Shown piece after piece: positions 20,268-28,781 of a stretch of 42,545 nucleotides of DNA; position 1 is the first letter of the stretch, and each line of letters starts with the position of its first letter. The DNA lies in the NCBI GenBank assembly GCA_016180105.1, contig JACPBZ010000005.1:1-42545 (forward strand). Reading direction: 5' to 3'. The position numbers were made by a program, and so were the translations under genes. The stretch comes from Candidatus Woesearchaeota archaeon. GTDB taxonomy: Archaea > Nanobdellota > Nanobdellia > Woesearchaeales > UBA10216. Under the pieces are notes generated by a model. It saw only the letters and a list, made by a program, of their open reading frames with translations, was not told the DNA's origin and searched no databases.

Positions 20268-20557
20268 GAATATCTTATGTCAAATCCGTCAAATTCGCCG
20301 GTTGCCTGTTCTTCTTTCATCTGGACGTCTGTCACGAAAGCCATTAGCGGCCCTTTCCTGAATTTTTTTTCAAACTCGCCCAGTTTCCTTGCTTCCCCTT
20401 CTGCTACTATCTCGACGCTTCCGTCCTTGAGGTTGCGCACGAATCCCGACACGCCAAGGGTTTCAGCTTCCCTCCTTACAAATTCCCTGTAGAAAACGCC
20501 CTGCACCTTGCCTTTTATAATTGCCTGGACTCTCCCTGTTGCCATTTTCTCGCGCAT
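20264..20557 (-). CDS. acyP: Acylphosphatase
   Basis: GKVQGVFYR and GFVRNLKDGSVEIVAEG. Confidence 0.93.
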   Translation of the reverse strand: MREKMATGRVQAIIKGKVQGVFYREFVRREAETLGVSGFVRNLKDGSVEIVAEGEARKLGEFEKKFRKGPLMAFVTDVQMKEEQATGEFDGFDIRYS

Positions 20558-20649
20558 GGCTCCCGCCGATTTAAATTTTTCGGCCGTAATTTAATGGGGG
20601 AGCGATAATGTTTTAAACTCCAATGCCCACGGCTCTTTTGTGGGATTTT

Positions 20650-20778
20650 ATGGAGCTTGTGAGTTGCATCAGCTGTGGGATGGAGACGCCAAAAGGCATT
20701 CGCTATCCAAACCTGTGCCGGATGTGCGAGCGCTCGATGAGTGAAGAGGAGATTATCGCCATGATGGATTCCATCTGA
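20650..20778 (+). CDS. Small CxxC...CxxC zinc-finger protein (42 aa)
   Basis: Manual translation MELVSCISCGMETPKGIRYPNLCRMCERSMSEEEIIAMMDSI; TTTTAAA box at about 20611. Confidence 0.6.
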   Translation: MELVSCISCGMETPKGIRYPNLCRMCERSMSEEEIIAMMDSI

Positions 20779-20831
20779 AAGGGGCACTAAAAGTAAATTA
20801 TATATAGCCAATTGACGGGTTTTTCTTCATC

Positions 20832-21923
20832 TTGAAAAAGGGCAAAGAACTGAGATGGCTTGTTGGCCTCGTGGTTTCGGCGGTTTTCCTGCCGCTTGCA
20901 ATGTTTGCAGGGAATCTTGGGGCTGAAGGGCAGGAAGGGGGGCACGATGAAGCTCCTGAAACAGAATCATTTCCTGTTGCGCCTGAGCTTGCGGGCATTT
21001 CCGGCTGGATAAATTCAGGGCCATTGGCGATTTCCGAATTAAGGGGGAAAGTGGTGCTGGTTGACTTCTGGACTTACAGCTGCATAAACTGCATCCGCAC
21101 CCTGCCATACCTTAACTCGTGGAATGAGAAATACGGCGACAAGGGACTGGTAATAGTTGGCGTTCACTCTCCAGAATTTGGCTTTGAGAAGGACATTGAA
21201 AATGTAAAAAAAGCAGTGGCAAAGTACGGAATAAAATACGCTGTCGCCCTTGACAATGACCACTCAACCTGGAGAGCATTCAAGAATAACTACTGGCCAA
21301 GAAAATATCTCATCGACGCTAACGGAAGAATGCGTTATGACAGGATTGGTGAGGGCGGCTACGAGGAGACTGAAAAAAAGATGCAGGAGCTGCTCAGGGA
21401 GAGGTCTTCAAGGGTCAGGCTGCCTGATGAGATGGCTGTTCCAGTCAATGCAGTAGCCGTGAATTACTCTGCCATAGCCACTTCTGAAGTTTATCTTGGC
21501 TACGAATATGCCAGGGTTAACCTTGGCAATGAGGAGGGCTTCAAGCCAGGCAAGGATTTCAGTTATGCTCTCCCTCCCTATGACAGCCTTCGGAAGAACC
21601 TCGCTTACGTTGGCGGCACCTGGAAGGCCCATCCCGACGGCCTTGAGCTTTCATCTGATGAGGGCAGGATTGTCCTTAAATACACGGCAAAGGATGTCAA
21701 CATTGTCGCTTCCCCAGGAGGCCAGCCTTCCGAGCTGCAGGTAATCATTGATGGTGACTTTATCAGCGAAGGCGACAGTGGCAGTGACGTTGATGGTTCT
21801 ATGGCTGTCGTTAGTGAGCAGAGGCTGCATAACCTTGTTAGCGGCAAGGACTATTCAACCAGAACACTGGAAATCAACATAAGGGGAAAAGGATTCAAGA
21901 TGTACACGTTCACGTTTGGATAA
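20832..21923 (+). CDS. Exported thioredoxin-fold protein (DipZ C-terminal-like)
   Basis: N-terminal TM helix, LVDFWTYSCINC, VHSPEF, NNYWP and terminal YTFTFG. Confidence 0.85.
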   Translation: MKKGKELRWLVGLVVSAVFLPLAMFAGNLGAEGQEGGHDEAPETESFPVAPELAGISGWINSGPLAISELRGKVVLVDFWTYSCINCIRTLPYLNSWNEKYGDKGLVIVGVHSPEFGFEKDIENVKKAVAKYGIKYAVALDNDHSTWRAFKNNYWPRKYLIDANGRMRYDRIGEGGYEETEKKMQELLRERSSRVRLPDEMAVPVNAVAVNYSAIATSEVYLGYEYARVNLGNEEGFKPGKDFSYALPPYDSLRKNLAYVGGTWKAHPDGLELSSDEGRIVLKYTAKDVNIVASPGGQPSELQVIIDGDFISEGDSGSDVDGSMAVVSEQRLHNLVSGKDYSTRTLEINIRGKGFKMYTFTFG

Positions 21924-21981
21924 AGTAGAAAAGAAAAAATAAAGAAAGAAAAAAATACTACACTAGGAACGTAAAGGCTTA

Positions 21982-22125
21982 TTATCGCCTTGGAGTTCTG
22001 TGCTTTGCGTAGCAGTCCCTGCAATATACAGGCCTGCCTTCTGCGGGCTTGAAAGGCACTTCTGACTGTGCTCCACATTCAGAGCAAGTTATTGTGTGCA
22101 TTTCTCTCGGTCCACCGAATGCCAT
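21982..22125 (-). CDS. CxxC-x17-CxxC domain protein (47 aa)
   Basis: Manual translation MAFGGPREMHTITCSECGAQSEVPFKPAEGRPVYCRDCYAKHRTPRR; AGGTG SD upstream. Confidence 0.9.
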   Translation of the reverse strand: MAFGGPREMHTITCSECGAQSEVPFKPAEGRPVYCRDCYAKHRTPRR

Positions 22126-22398
22126 GTGCGATACACCTACTAATTGCTATTATCTGGTCTTTTTAGGACGTCTATAGCTTATTCTTCTCTACACGACCCC
22201 CACGATACTACTGTGAGACATTCTGTATGCTACTGTTGAACCAGCCTCGGTATATAAAGGTGATGGTTTTTGGAAAGGTTCGCTTAAGTCACTGGACACT
22301 GGACATTTGCCCGGACAGGGTATTTAAAGGGGTAAAGGTCGTTTTTGGTCAAGCTTTTGTTCGCCCGCAGGCGAATAAAAGGTTGTGAGGTGATTAGG

Positions 22399-22542
22399 AT
22401 GGGAATGCCAACTACATTCAGCGTGGGTATGGTGAACGACCTTTTTTTCAATCACGTGAAGGAGCTCAGCATCAGGAGCCTGAAGGAGCTCAGGGAAGGC
22501 AACCTGAGAAGGGAGATCAGGCTCGTTAAAGTCCACCTCTGA
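22399..22542 (+). CDS. Small hypothetical protein (47 aa)
   Basis: GAGGTGA SD before ATG, TATTTAAA at 22321 and a hairpin after the stop. Confidence 0.6.
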   Translation: MGMPTTFSVGMVNDLFFNHVKELSIRSLKELREGNLRREIRLVKVHL

Positions 22543-22628
22543 GGATTTCTGCACTGCTTCAGTTGCGGAGCCACCAACTATTTCTTTCCGCAACAAATTT
22601 TTTATACGATTTCAGCAATGTTCGTGGT

Positions 22629-23201
22629 ATGAGGGTAATCCAGAAGGAAGAGTTCCTGCTGCAGGAAGCAGCTTACCTGAGGCAGGTAAGGCAGGGTGCT
22701 GTCTTTATCCATCCAACAGACACTATTTACGGCATTGGCTGCGATGCGACGAATGAAGGTGCTGTCCAGCGCATTCGGGATGCGAAGCAGCGCGCCTCTA
22801 TGCCTTTTTCAGTCATTGCTCCTTCAAAAAAATGGATTCTGGACAACTGCGAAGTTTCCGGTGAAGCCAAAGAGTGGCTTGAAAAGCTTCCCGGGCCGTA
22901 CACTTTGATTTTCAAGTTAAAGAACAGGTCTGCCGTTGCCGCAGCCGTGAATCTTGGCAGTGACACGCTTGGAGTGCGCATTCCGGCTCACTGGATTTCT
23001 GAGGCGGTTGCCGATTTAGGCATCCCAGTAGTGAGCACCAGTGCGAACATCACCGGCCAGCCCTATATGACATCAATTGATGACCTTGATGGCAGCATTA
23101 AGGAGAAAGTCGACTTCGCCATCTACGAGGGCGAAAAGGAAGGAAGGCCTTCAACGATAGTGAAGCTGTTCGAGAATGAAGTTCAGGTTGTGGAGCGCTG
23201 A
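22629..23201 (+). CDS. tsaC: L-threonylcarbamoyladenylate synthase (TsaC/Sua5 YrdC domain)
   Basis: PTDTIYGIGC, PGPYTL, GVRIP and STSANITG. Confidence 0.92.
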   Translation: MRVIQKEEFLLQEAAYLRQVRQGAVFIHPTDTIYGIGCDATNEGAVQRIRDAKQRASMPFSVIAPSKKWILDNCEVSGEAKEWLEKLPGPYTLIFKLKNRSAVAAAVNLGSDTLGVRIPAHWISEAVADLGIPVVSTSANITGQPYMTSIDDLDGSIKEKVDFAIYEGEKEGRPSTIVKLFENEVQVVER

Positions 23202-23792
23202 TTCAGGCAGTTGATTGTGCCTGCATTGCTTTTCCCTCATAAAGTCTGGCAAAAGCGGCGTCGGTTGGTGTTACGTTAAGTACGTGATCATAAAGCTCTG
23301 TATCAACACCACTCTGGCCGGGAATCACTAGCTTAAAAGGCGCTTTCCTTGCAGCGCTCTCATAAAGCATCAAGGCAGTAGCAGCAAGAATCAATCCTTT
23401 CCGTGCCATGACTTCCTGAGGTGCTGTTCCGATTTGTATTGCTTGCCCATAATCGTGCTGAAGCTTTCTTAATCCTGGAATCATTTCAAGCGTGATGCCA
23501 AACCTGCCAGCCAATGCCTTGGCCTCTTGACTTACAAGACCGTCAATGGAATCAACAGGTTGAATTCCAAGGTCCCTGTCGTGCTGTGTTAATTGTGCCA
23601 TAGCCTGCTTGTCTGAAGGCGTACTATTTAAATCTTTCTATTTTTCACTACTCAAAAGTAATCATTTAGCTGCTGCGGTGAGTTTATTAGTTACAATTCT
23701 TCTGCCAAAAGTTATGAGGACTTACGGCAGGCTGCACAACGACACAAGCCATTGATGACCTTGATGGCAGCATAAAAAAGAAAGTCGACTTC
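23076..23792 (+). repeat. 42-bp imperfect direct repeat (23076-23117 and 23751-23792)
   Basis: ATTGATGACCTTGATGGCAGCATwAArrAGAAAGTCGACTTC, 39 of 42 positions identical. Confidence 0.9.
23203..23601 (-). CDS. Hypothetical protein
   Basis: 132-aa ORF with a TTTAAATA box about 25 nt upstream. Confidence 0.6.
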   Translation of the reverse strand: MAQLTQHDRDLGIQPVDSIDGLVSQEAKALAGRFGITLEMIPGLRKLQHDYGQAIQIGTAPQEVMARKGLILAATALMLYESAARKAPFKLVIPGQSGVDTELYDHVLNVTPTDAAFARLYEGKAMQAQSTA

Positions 23793-23797
23793 TACTG

Positions 23798-24307
23798 TCA
23801 AGCTCTATTGCGGGAATCTTGAGGTATTGGAACGTTAAGTGGTCCGCGCACATAACCGCAAGGCGGGTTTACCTCAAAAGTTTTTTTAAGATCAGGCACA
23901 TTCAAATCCAGGACTCCGCCTTTGACCCAGGAAATCATAACTTGATATGGGCCTGGAAAGTCAGGAGTTATGGTTAATTCCATAGTTGCATTTCCTGAAG
24001 GATTAAGAGGCGCACTGGTAACTTCAGTTAAAGTAACACCATCAGGGTATGTTACCGTGGTAGCAAGATGGTATTTTTTGCCGCTTTGGCCAGAAAGGTG
24101 CACCCTGACATACAAGGTGTTCATATCATTTTCGCAGGCTAGGACGCCATCATCAATGAAGCCTTCCAAGTCCTGGACTGGTGTTGGGGTGGTTTTTGCA
24201 GGGATTGTTGGCGATGGCAGTGGTGCTACGGTTGGCGCTACAACTGCTGGCGAACAGGACGCAGATATCAAAGTCCCTGCTATAAGCGCTAACAGTGCTC
24301 GTCTCAC
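23798..24307 (-). CDS. Putative lipoprotein with a Pro/Thr-rich linker
   Basis: Signal peptide ending ISASC, then PTVAPLPSPTIP; TTTAAATA upstream. Confidence 0.6.
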   Translation of the reverse strand: MRRALLALIAGTLISASCSPAVVAPTVAPLPSPTIPAKTTPTPVQDLEGFIDDGVLACENDMNTLYVRVHLSGQSGKKYHLATTVTYPDGVTLTEVTSAPLNPSGNATMELTITPDFPGPYQVMISWVKGGVLDLNVPDLKKTFEVNPPCGYVRGPLNVPIPQDSRNRA

Positions 24308-24419
24308 GATTTTTGTTAGCCTTGAGCTCTATTTAAATCTTTCCATTGTAGCTACTGTCCAGTGGTTGTTTTACTGAAACATCGATGCATTTATATAGTC
24401 TGCAATAATCACTTGCACG

Positions 24420-25022
24420 ATGAAAATACTCGCGGCAGGCTGCCTGCACAACGATGCCACCTTGATTGGGGGCTTGGCTGAGCAGGCTGAGAGGGAAAAT
24501 GTTGACTTGGTGGTGCTCTGCGGCGACCTTACGATGGGCGAGCAGACTACTGAGAACATAATTGGCCCCTTTGCAAGGAAGGGCAAGAAGGTTGCTCTTG
24601 TCCCAGGCAATCACGAGACTATTGCAACGGCTGATTTTCTTGCGAAGAAGTATGGCGCCACGAACCTTCACGGTTATGGCCTTACTCACGGCGAGGTTGG
24701 CCTTTTTGGCTGCGGCGGCGCAAACATCGGCCTTTTCCAGCTTTCCGAGGATGAGATTTTTTACCACTTATACAGGAGCCACAAGTATGTGAAGGACGCG
24801 AAAAAGCGAATAATGGTTACTCACGTTCACCCTGCAGAGTCTTTGATGGAGCAGTTTTCTGAGTTTGTGAGGGGCAGCACTGGCGTCACCAAGGCGATTG
24901 AGATGCTCAAGCCTGACCTTTTGCTGTGCAGCCACGTTCACGAGGCCTCCGGCCTGGAAGAGACTATTGGCACAACGAGAGTGCTTAACGTCAGCAAGAT
25001 TGGCAAGGTTATTGAGATTTAG
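24420..25022 (+). CDS. Metallophosphoesterase (calcineurin-like)
   Basis: GCLH, CGDL, PGNHE, THVHP and CSHVHE. Confidence 0.88.
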   Translation: MKILAAGCLHNDATLIGGLAEQAERENVDLVVLCGDLTMGEQTTENIIGPFARKGKKVALVPGNHETIATADFLAKKYGATNLHGYGLTHGEVGLFGCGGANIGLFQLSEDEIFYHLYRSHKYVKDAKKRIMVTHVHPAESLMEQFSEFVRGSTGVTKAIEMLKPDLLLCSHVHEASGLEETIGTTRVLNVSKIGKVIEI

Positions 25023-25023
25023 T

Positions 25024-25665
25024 TTAACGCCCGCTTGCCAAAATCTTCTCTTGCATGCGCATTGTGGCGTATTTCGCCAGTTCGAATGTTTTCAGTTCAG
25101 CTTCGCCCTTTGCGCTGCCTATTGTGCCGAGTGTGTAGCTGACAAAGGGTTCTTTGCCAGTGACAGTTCTATGGTTTCTTGTGTAAACGATGCCCAGTTT
25201 CCCGAGGAGCGTGTCGTACATTTGCGAGAACAGGTTTATTTCGCGTATTGGGAGCAGGAGTTGGCCGGTAAGGCTGGCTCCTTCGAGTTCCTCTCTCTGT
25301 GCCCTGCCGACTACCACTGCGTGCACTATGTAGTTTTGCTCTGACTCAGTGTAAACTATCCTGATGAGTCCCCTTTGCTTTTGTTCGGGAATTGTTTCTG
25401 CTCTTAGTGCGTGTTTGGCCTTGTCGTCTATGGCTGTGTGGTATTGTCTCAGGACAGCGTTTATGGCATTTTCGATGTTGCTGTTTGTTTTTTGCTGAGG
25501 GCGCTTGCTTTTGGCTGCTGAAGGCCCAGGCAAGGAGTCAAGCAGCTCCACAAACGCAGGGTCAGCGTATAGTTCTTCAAGAATTGGGTGTTCAGAAAGG
25601 CCTGCAACTTTTCTTGCAAATTCAGGGTCATCGTATAGCTCCTGAAGAATCGAGTCAACGGACAT
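25024..25665 (-). CDS. Hypothetical protein
   Basis: 213-aa ORF; the N-terminus has a repeated ILxELYxDPxF motif. Confidence 0.6.
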   Translation of the reverse strand: MSVDSILQELYDDPEFARKVAGLSEHPILEELYADPAFVELLDSLPGPSAAKSKRPQQKTNSNIENAINAVLRQYHTAIDDKAKHALRAETIPEQKQRGLIRIVYTESEQNYIVHAVVVGRAQREELEGASLTGQLLLPIREINLFSQMYDTLLGKLGIVYTRNHRTVTGKEPFVSYTLGTIGSAKGEAELKTFELAKYATMRMQEKILASGR

Positions 25666-25699
25666 TGGAAAGTGGGAACTTCAGAATGCTTTATATTTT

Positions 25700-27184
25700 T
25701 TACCCCTTCACTACGCCCAGTGGCACAAGCCGCGCAACAAGTTTTCCGAGCTTTGCCTCGTTTGAGACCCTGCAGACTTCGTCAACGTCCTTGTATGCGG
25801 GGATGTTTTCTTCCGCGATTCCTTTCCAGCTTGCTGCTTTTACGAGTATGCCGCGCTGCTCCAATTCCCGGGCAACTGTTTCTCCCCGGTATCTTTTTAT
25901 GGCTTCTGCCCTGGACATTTCCCTTCCGGCGCCGTGGGCGGTTGAGCCCCAGCTTTTTTCCTCTGACTCGTTGGTTCCGACAAGGACGTAGCTTGCTGTT
26001 CCCATCGTGCCAGGTATGAAGACTGGCTGTCCTGTGCTGCGGTAGAGCTCGTTGACTTCTTCCCTTTCGGGGCCAAAGCTTCTTGTCGCGCCTTTCCTGT
26101 GGACGCATAACTCTTTCATCTCGCCGTCAACCTTGTGCTTCTCTATCTTGCCGATGTTGTGGCACACATCGTAAACCTGCCGCATCCCATCATCCGAGCC
26201 CATTACTTTCTTGAAGCTGTCCCTTATCCAGTGGACTATCATTTGCCTGTTTGCGAAGGCGTAGTTCATTCCGGAGCACATTGCCTTGAAGTATTTCTGG
26301 CCGAGCTCTGACTGGAATGGCGCGTTGATGAGTTCCCTGTCCGGGATGTCGGCAAAGCCGTATTTTTTTTCCATATCGCGGATGTAGTCTGATGCGACTT
26401 GGTGTCCCAATCCGCGAGAGCCGCAGTGGACCATTACCGTGACTTGGCCTTTTCCTGTTATGCCAAAGGCGGCTGCTGTTTTCTCGTCGTAAACAGAGTC
26501 GACAGCTTGAATTTCAAGAAAGTGGTTTCCTGCTCCAAGTGTGCCGAGCTGCGGCTTGCCGCGCGCGATGGCCGTTGTAGAGACGCACTCCGGGTCTGCT
26601 TCTTTCATTGAACCGTAATCCTCTGTTGTTGCCAGGTCATCCTTGGTGCCGTAGCCCTGCTCCAGGCTCCACTTGCTTCCCTTTGCGAGTATCTCTTTCA
26701 TTTCAGAATCTGACAGCCTTGTGAGCCCTCCTCTTCCAACTCCTGAAGGCACTTCAGCGAACAAAGTATCGAGAAGCTGCTTCAATTTCGGATTGATGTC
26801 ATCAATAGTCCAGTCTGTACGGATGAGACGCACGCCGCAGTTGACATCATCTTAGGGAACAGAAGCCAGAGCTTCTAGTTCAATCCTATGCCACCTGGGC
26901 TGATAATTCCATCCTCGGTATCGAACGCTGCCACACCCCCTATTGGAAAGCCGTCAAAGGCCAAGCCAGCCTTAGCTGGACTGGAATCCTTCGTGGGCGT
27001 CTGGCATTACGTACGAGTACTTCTGTATGCCTTTTAAGTGGGCCACATTTGCAGCCTGCATCAAAGTCCTGTCCTGCTGAATCTTCTTCACCAGCTTTTC
27101 TGATGCGAAAATTCTCGCAGGCACTTTCATGCCGCCGTGCTTTGGTATTTCCCACTCGTATTCAGAGATTTTCTTGAGTTCCAT
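25700..27184 (-). CDS. rtcB: RtcB RNA-splicing ligase, spliced from 3 exons: 27184-26986, 26954-26883, 26850-25700 (473 aa)
   Basis: The spliced product restores [18 protein letters not shown]...SPGGIGYDVNCGVR. GNHFLE, HCGSRG, HN, HRKGAT, HGAGR and YKDV are intact. SD GGAGGTG at 27203-27197. Confidence 0.93.
26851..26882 (-). other. rtcB intron 2 (32 nt, bulge-helix-bulge)
   Basis: CA-UAGG-AU^U-GAAC...GUUC-CCUA-AG^A-UG; splits Tyr91 (U|AU) and contains an in-frame UAG. Confidence 0.9.
26955..26985 (-). other. rtcB intron 1 (31 nt, bulge-helix-bulge)
   Basis: CG-AAGG-AU^U-CCAG...UUGG-CCUU-UG^A-CG; splits Tyr67 (U|AC) and contains an in-frame UAA. Confidence 0.9.
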
Positions 27185-27235
27185 TGCCTGAGTTTTCACC
27201 TCCGCAGCATTTGGCGGTTGCAACTCTTTAAAAAG

Positions 27236-27970
27236 TTATTCGAGTGCAGAAATCACGGACTCCGCGAATTTCCTGGGATGGTGGAATGGCCAGTAGTGGT
27301 CGCCTTCCACTGTTATGAGGTTGGAGCCTTTTATCAGGCCATTGAGCGTCGGGGCGTGCGACACCGGGAACATGAAGTCGTCTTTGCACCAGATGAGCGT
27401 TGTTTTTGCGGGTATGTTGCCGAAAATGTGGCAGCCGTGGGTTTTCGCGCTTGCGCTTATTTCCCTGAAAAGGCTTCTTTTTTCAGGGCGTCGCAATGAT
27501 GCAAAGAAAGTTAATGATGCCCCGAATCTGTTGGCAACGTGCCTTAGGTCTCCGTGGAGCAGCATAAAGCCTGAGCTTCTTAGCAGGTTAACAAGCATTT
27601 TTGCGAATGAAGCGCTCCTTGGAACCCCTGCAGGGTTGACGAGCACCAGTCTCGAGACAAGTTTTTCCCTGGCGAGAATGCCGGCTATGGCTCCCCCAAA
27701 GGATGTGCCGACAACAATCACGTTTTTCAGGCCGAGCTTCTCAGTCAGTTCCCTGACGCATTTTGCGATGCAGAGCGTGTTGCCGCATTTCCCGTCGAAC
27801 AGGTAGGGGGCGTATACGGTGTAGTGCTGGGCAAGTGCCTTGAGCGAGGCTTCGTAAAGGTGTGGTGTTGTTGGCCAGCCGTGAAGGAAAATAAGCGTTT
27901 TTCCAGTTCCTCCTTGCAGGTACCTCATCTTGCAGCCGTTGACGATTGCTGTTTTTCTTTGGAGGATCAT
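27236..27970 (-). CDS. Alpha/beta-fold hydrolase
   Basis: FLHGW, the GTSFG nucleophile elbow, and later Asp and His (DDFMFP, GDHYW). Confidence 0.85.
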   Translation of the reverse strand: MILQRKTAIVNGCKMRYLQGGTGKTLIFLHGWPTTPHLYEASLKALAQHYTVYAPYLFDGKCGNTLCIAKCVRELTEKLGLKNVIVVGTSFGGAIAGILAREKLVSRLVLVNPAGVPRSASFAKMLVNLLRSSGFMLLHGDLRHVANRFGASLTFFASLRRPEKRSLFREISASAKTHGCHIFGNIPAKTTLIWCKDDFMFPVSHAPTLNGLIKGSNLITVEGDHYWPFHHPRKFAESVISALE

Positions 27971-28389
27971 ATGTCAATCACGACCTGGACTGTCCATTGC
28001 GGTCCTTCCTGCTTCACGAACATGCTGTTGTATGTGCACGCCTTTACCTGTGGGCCTATTGTCTCGTAGTTCCGGGCCTCATCGCCCATCACAACGGCAG
28101 AAAGGGAGTATTTCCCTTTGCGGTTGCTGATTTTTATTTTCCTGATTTTTGAAAGGAAGAAATTGTCAGTGTCGAGCAGTATGATGAACTGCTCAAGGAA
28201 CTGCTGCAGCAGGGATGGAAGGTCTTCGCCTTCTGCTTCTATGTCTTTCTTCACGACAGCCTCCACCTTGCTTGTCTCGACCATGACGTTTGATAGGGCA
28301 AATGCCGCATTGGAGAAAGCCTCCTCGAGTGTTTTCCCGTACGCCTTGAACTTCACGTCTGCCGTGTGTGGCAGGTATTCGTATTTCAT
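27967..28389 (-). CDS. Archease (RtcB activator)
   Basis: YEYLPHTADV, GKTLEEAFSNA, VKACTY and terminal VVIDI. Confidence 0.93.
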   Translation of the reverse strand: MKYEYLPHTADVKFKAYGKTLEEAFSNAAFALSNVMVETSKVEAVVKKDIEAEGEDLPSLLQQFLEQFIILLDTDNFFLSKIRKIKISNRKGKYSLSAVVMGDEARNYETIGPQVKACTYNSMFVKQEGPQWTVQVVIDI

Positions 28390-28494
28390 GCTGGCGGTGA
28401 TTCCCGCCTTCTTTTTTAATGTTTGCTGAAAGCGTGGGAAAAACGCAAAAATTAATAAACAGCAGTGATGGAATGGGAAGTAAAAGTGGTGTGA

Positions 28495-28779
28495 ATGAAA
28501 ATAAGCATAGACACGAAAGAGGATTCTCCTGAGGAGATAAGGAAGCTCATAAGGATGCTTTCCGCCCTGGTGGGCGACCCTGTGGATTTCCAGCATTCCC
28601 CTCCAGCTTCAGGTGAGGGCCTGTTTGATATGTTTGGCGACCCCCAGGCCTCGACTTCAGAACAGCAGCAGCTTGGAAAGCCTGGAGACGGCGGCACGGA
28701 CATCAATGATTTTCTTGACGGGGCAGATTCACGGCAGGATGCTGAAAGCAATGATGACATTAAGGTAGTGCCTTACTGA
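28495..28779 (+). CDS. Hypothetical acidic protein
   Basis: MKISIDTKEDSPEEIRK; GGTG SD; 2 nt upstream of rnhA. Confidence 0.65.
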   Translation: MKISIDTKEDSPEEIRKLIRMLSALVGDPVDFQHSPPASGEGLFDMFGDPQASTSEQQQLGKPGDGGTDINDFLDGADSRQDAESNDDIKVVPY

Positions 28780-28781
28780 AA

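Noticed and set aside
25700-27223. rtcB as a frameshifted pseudogene, or as two separate ORFs
   Set aside because: Both lesions are clean insertions whose ends match BHB cut sites, and all catalytic motifs, the SD and archease are intact.
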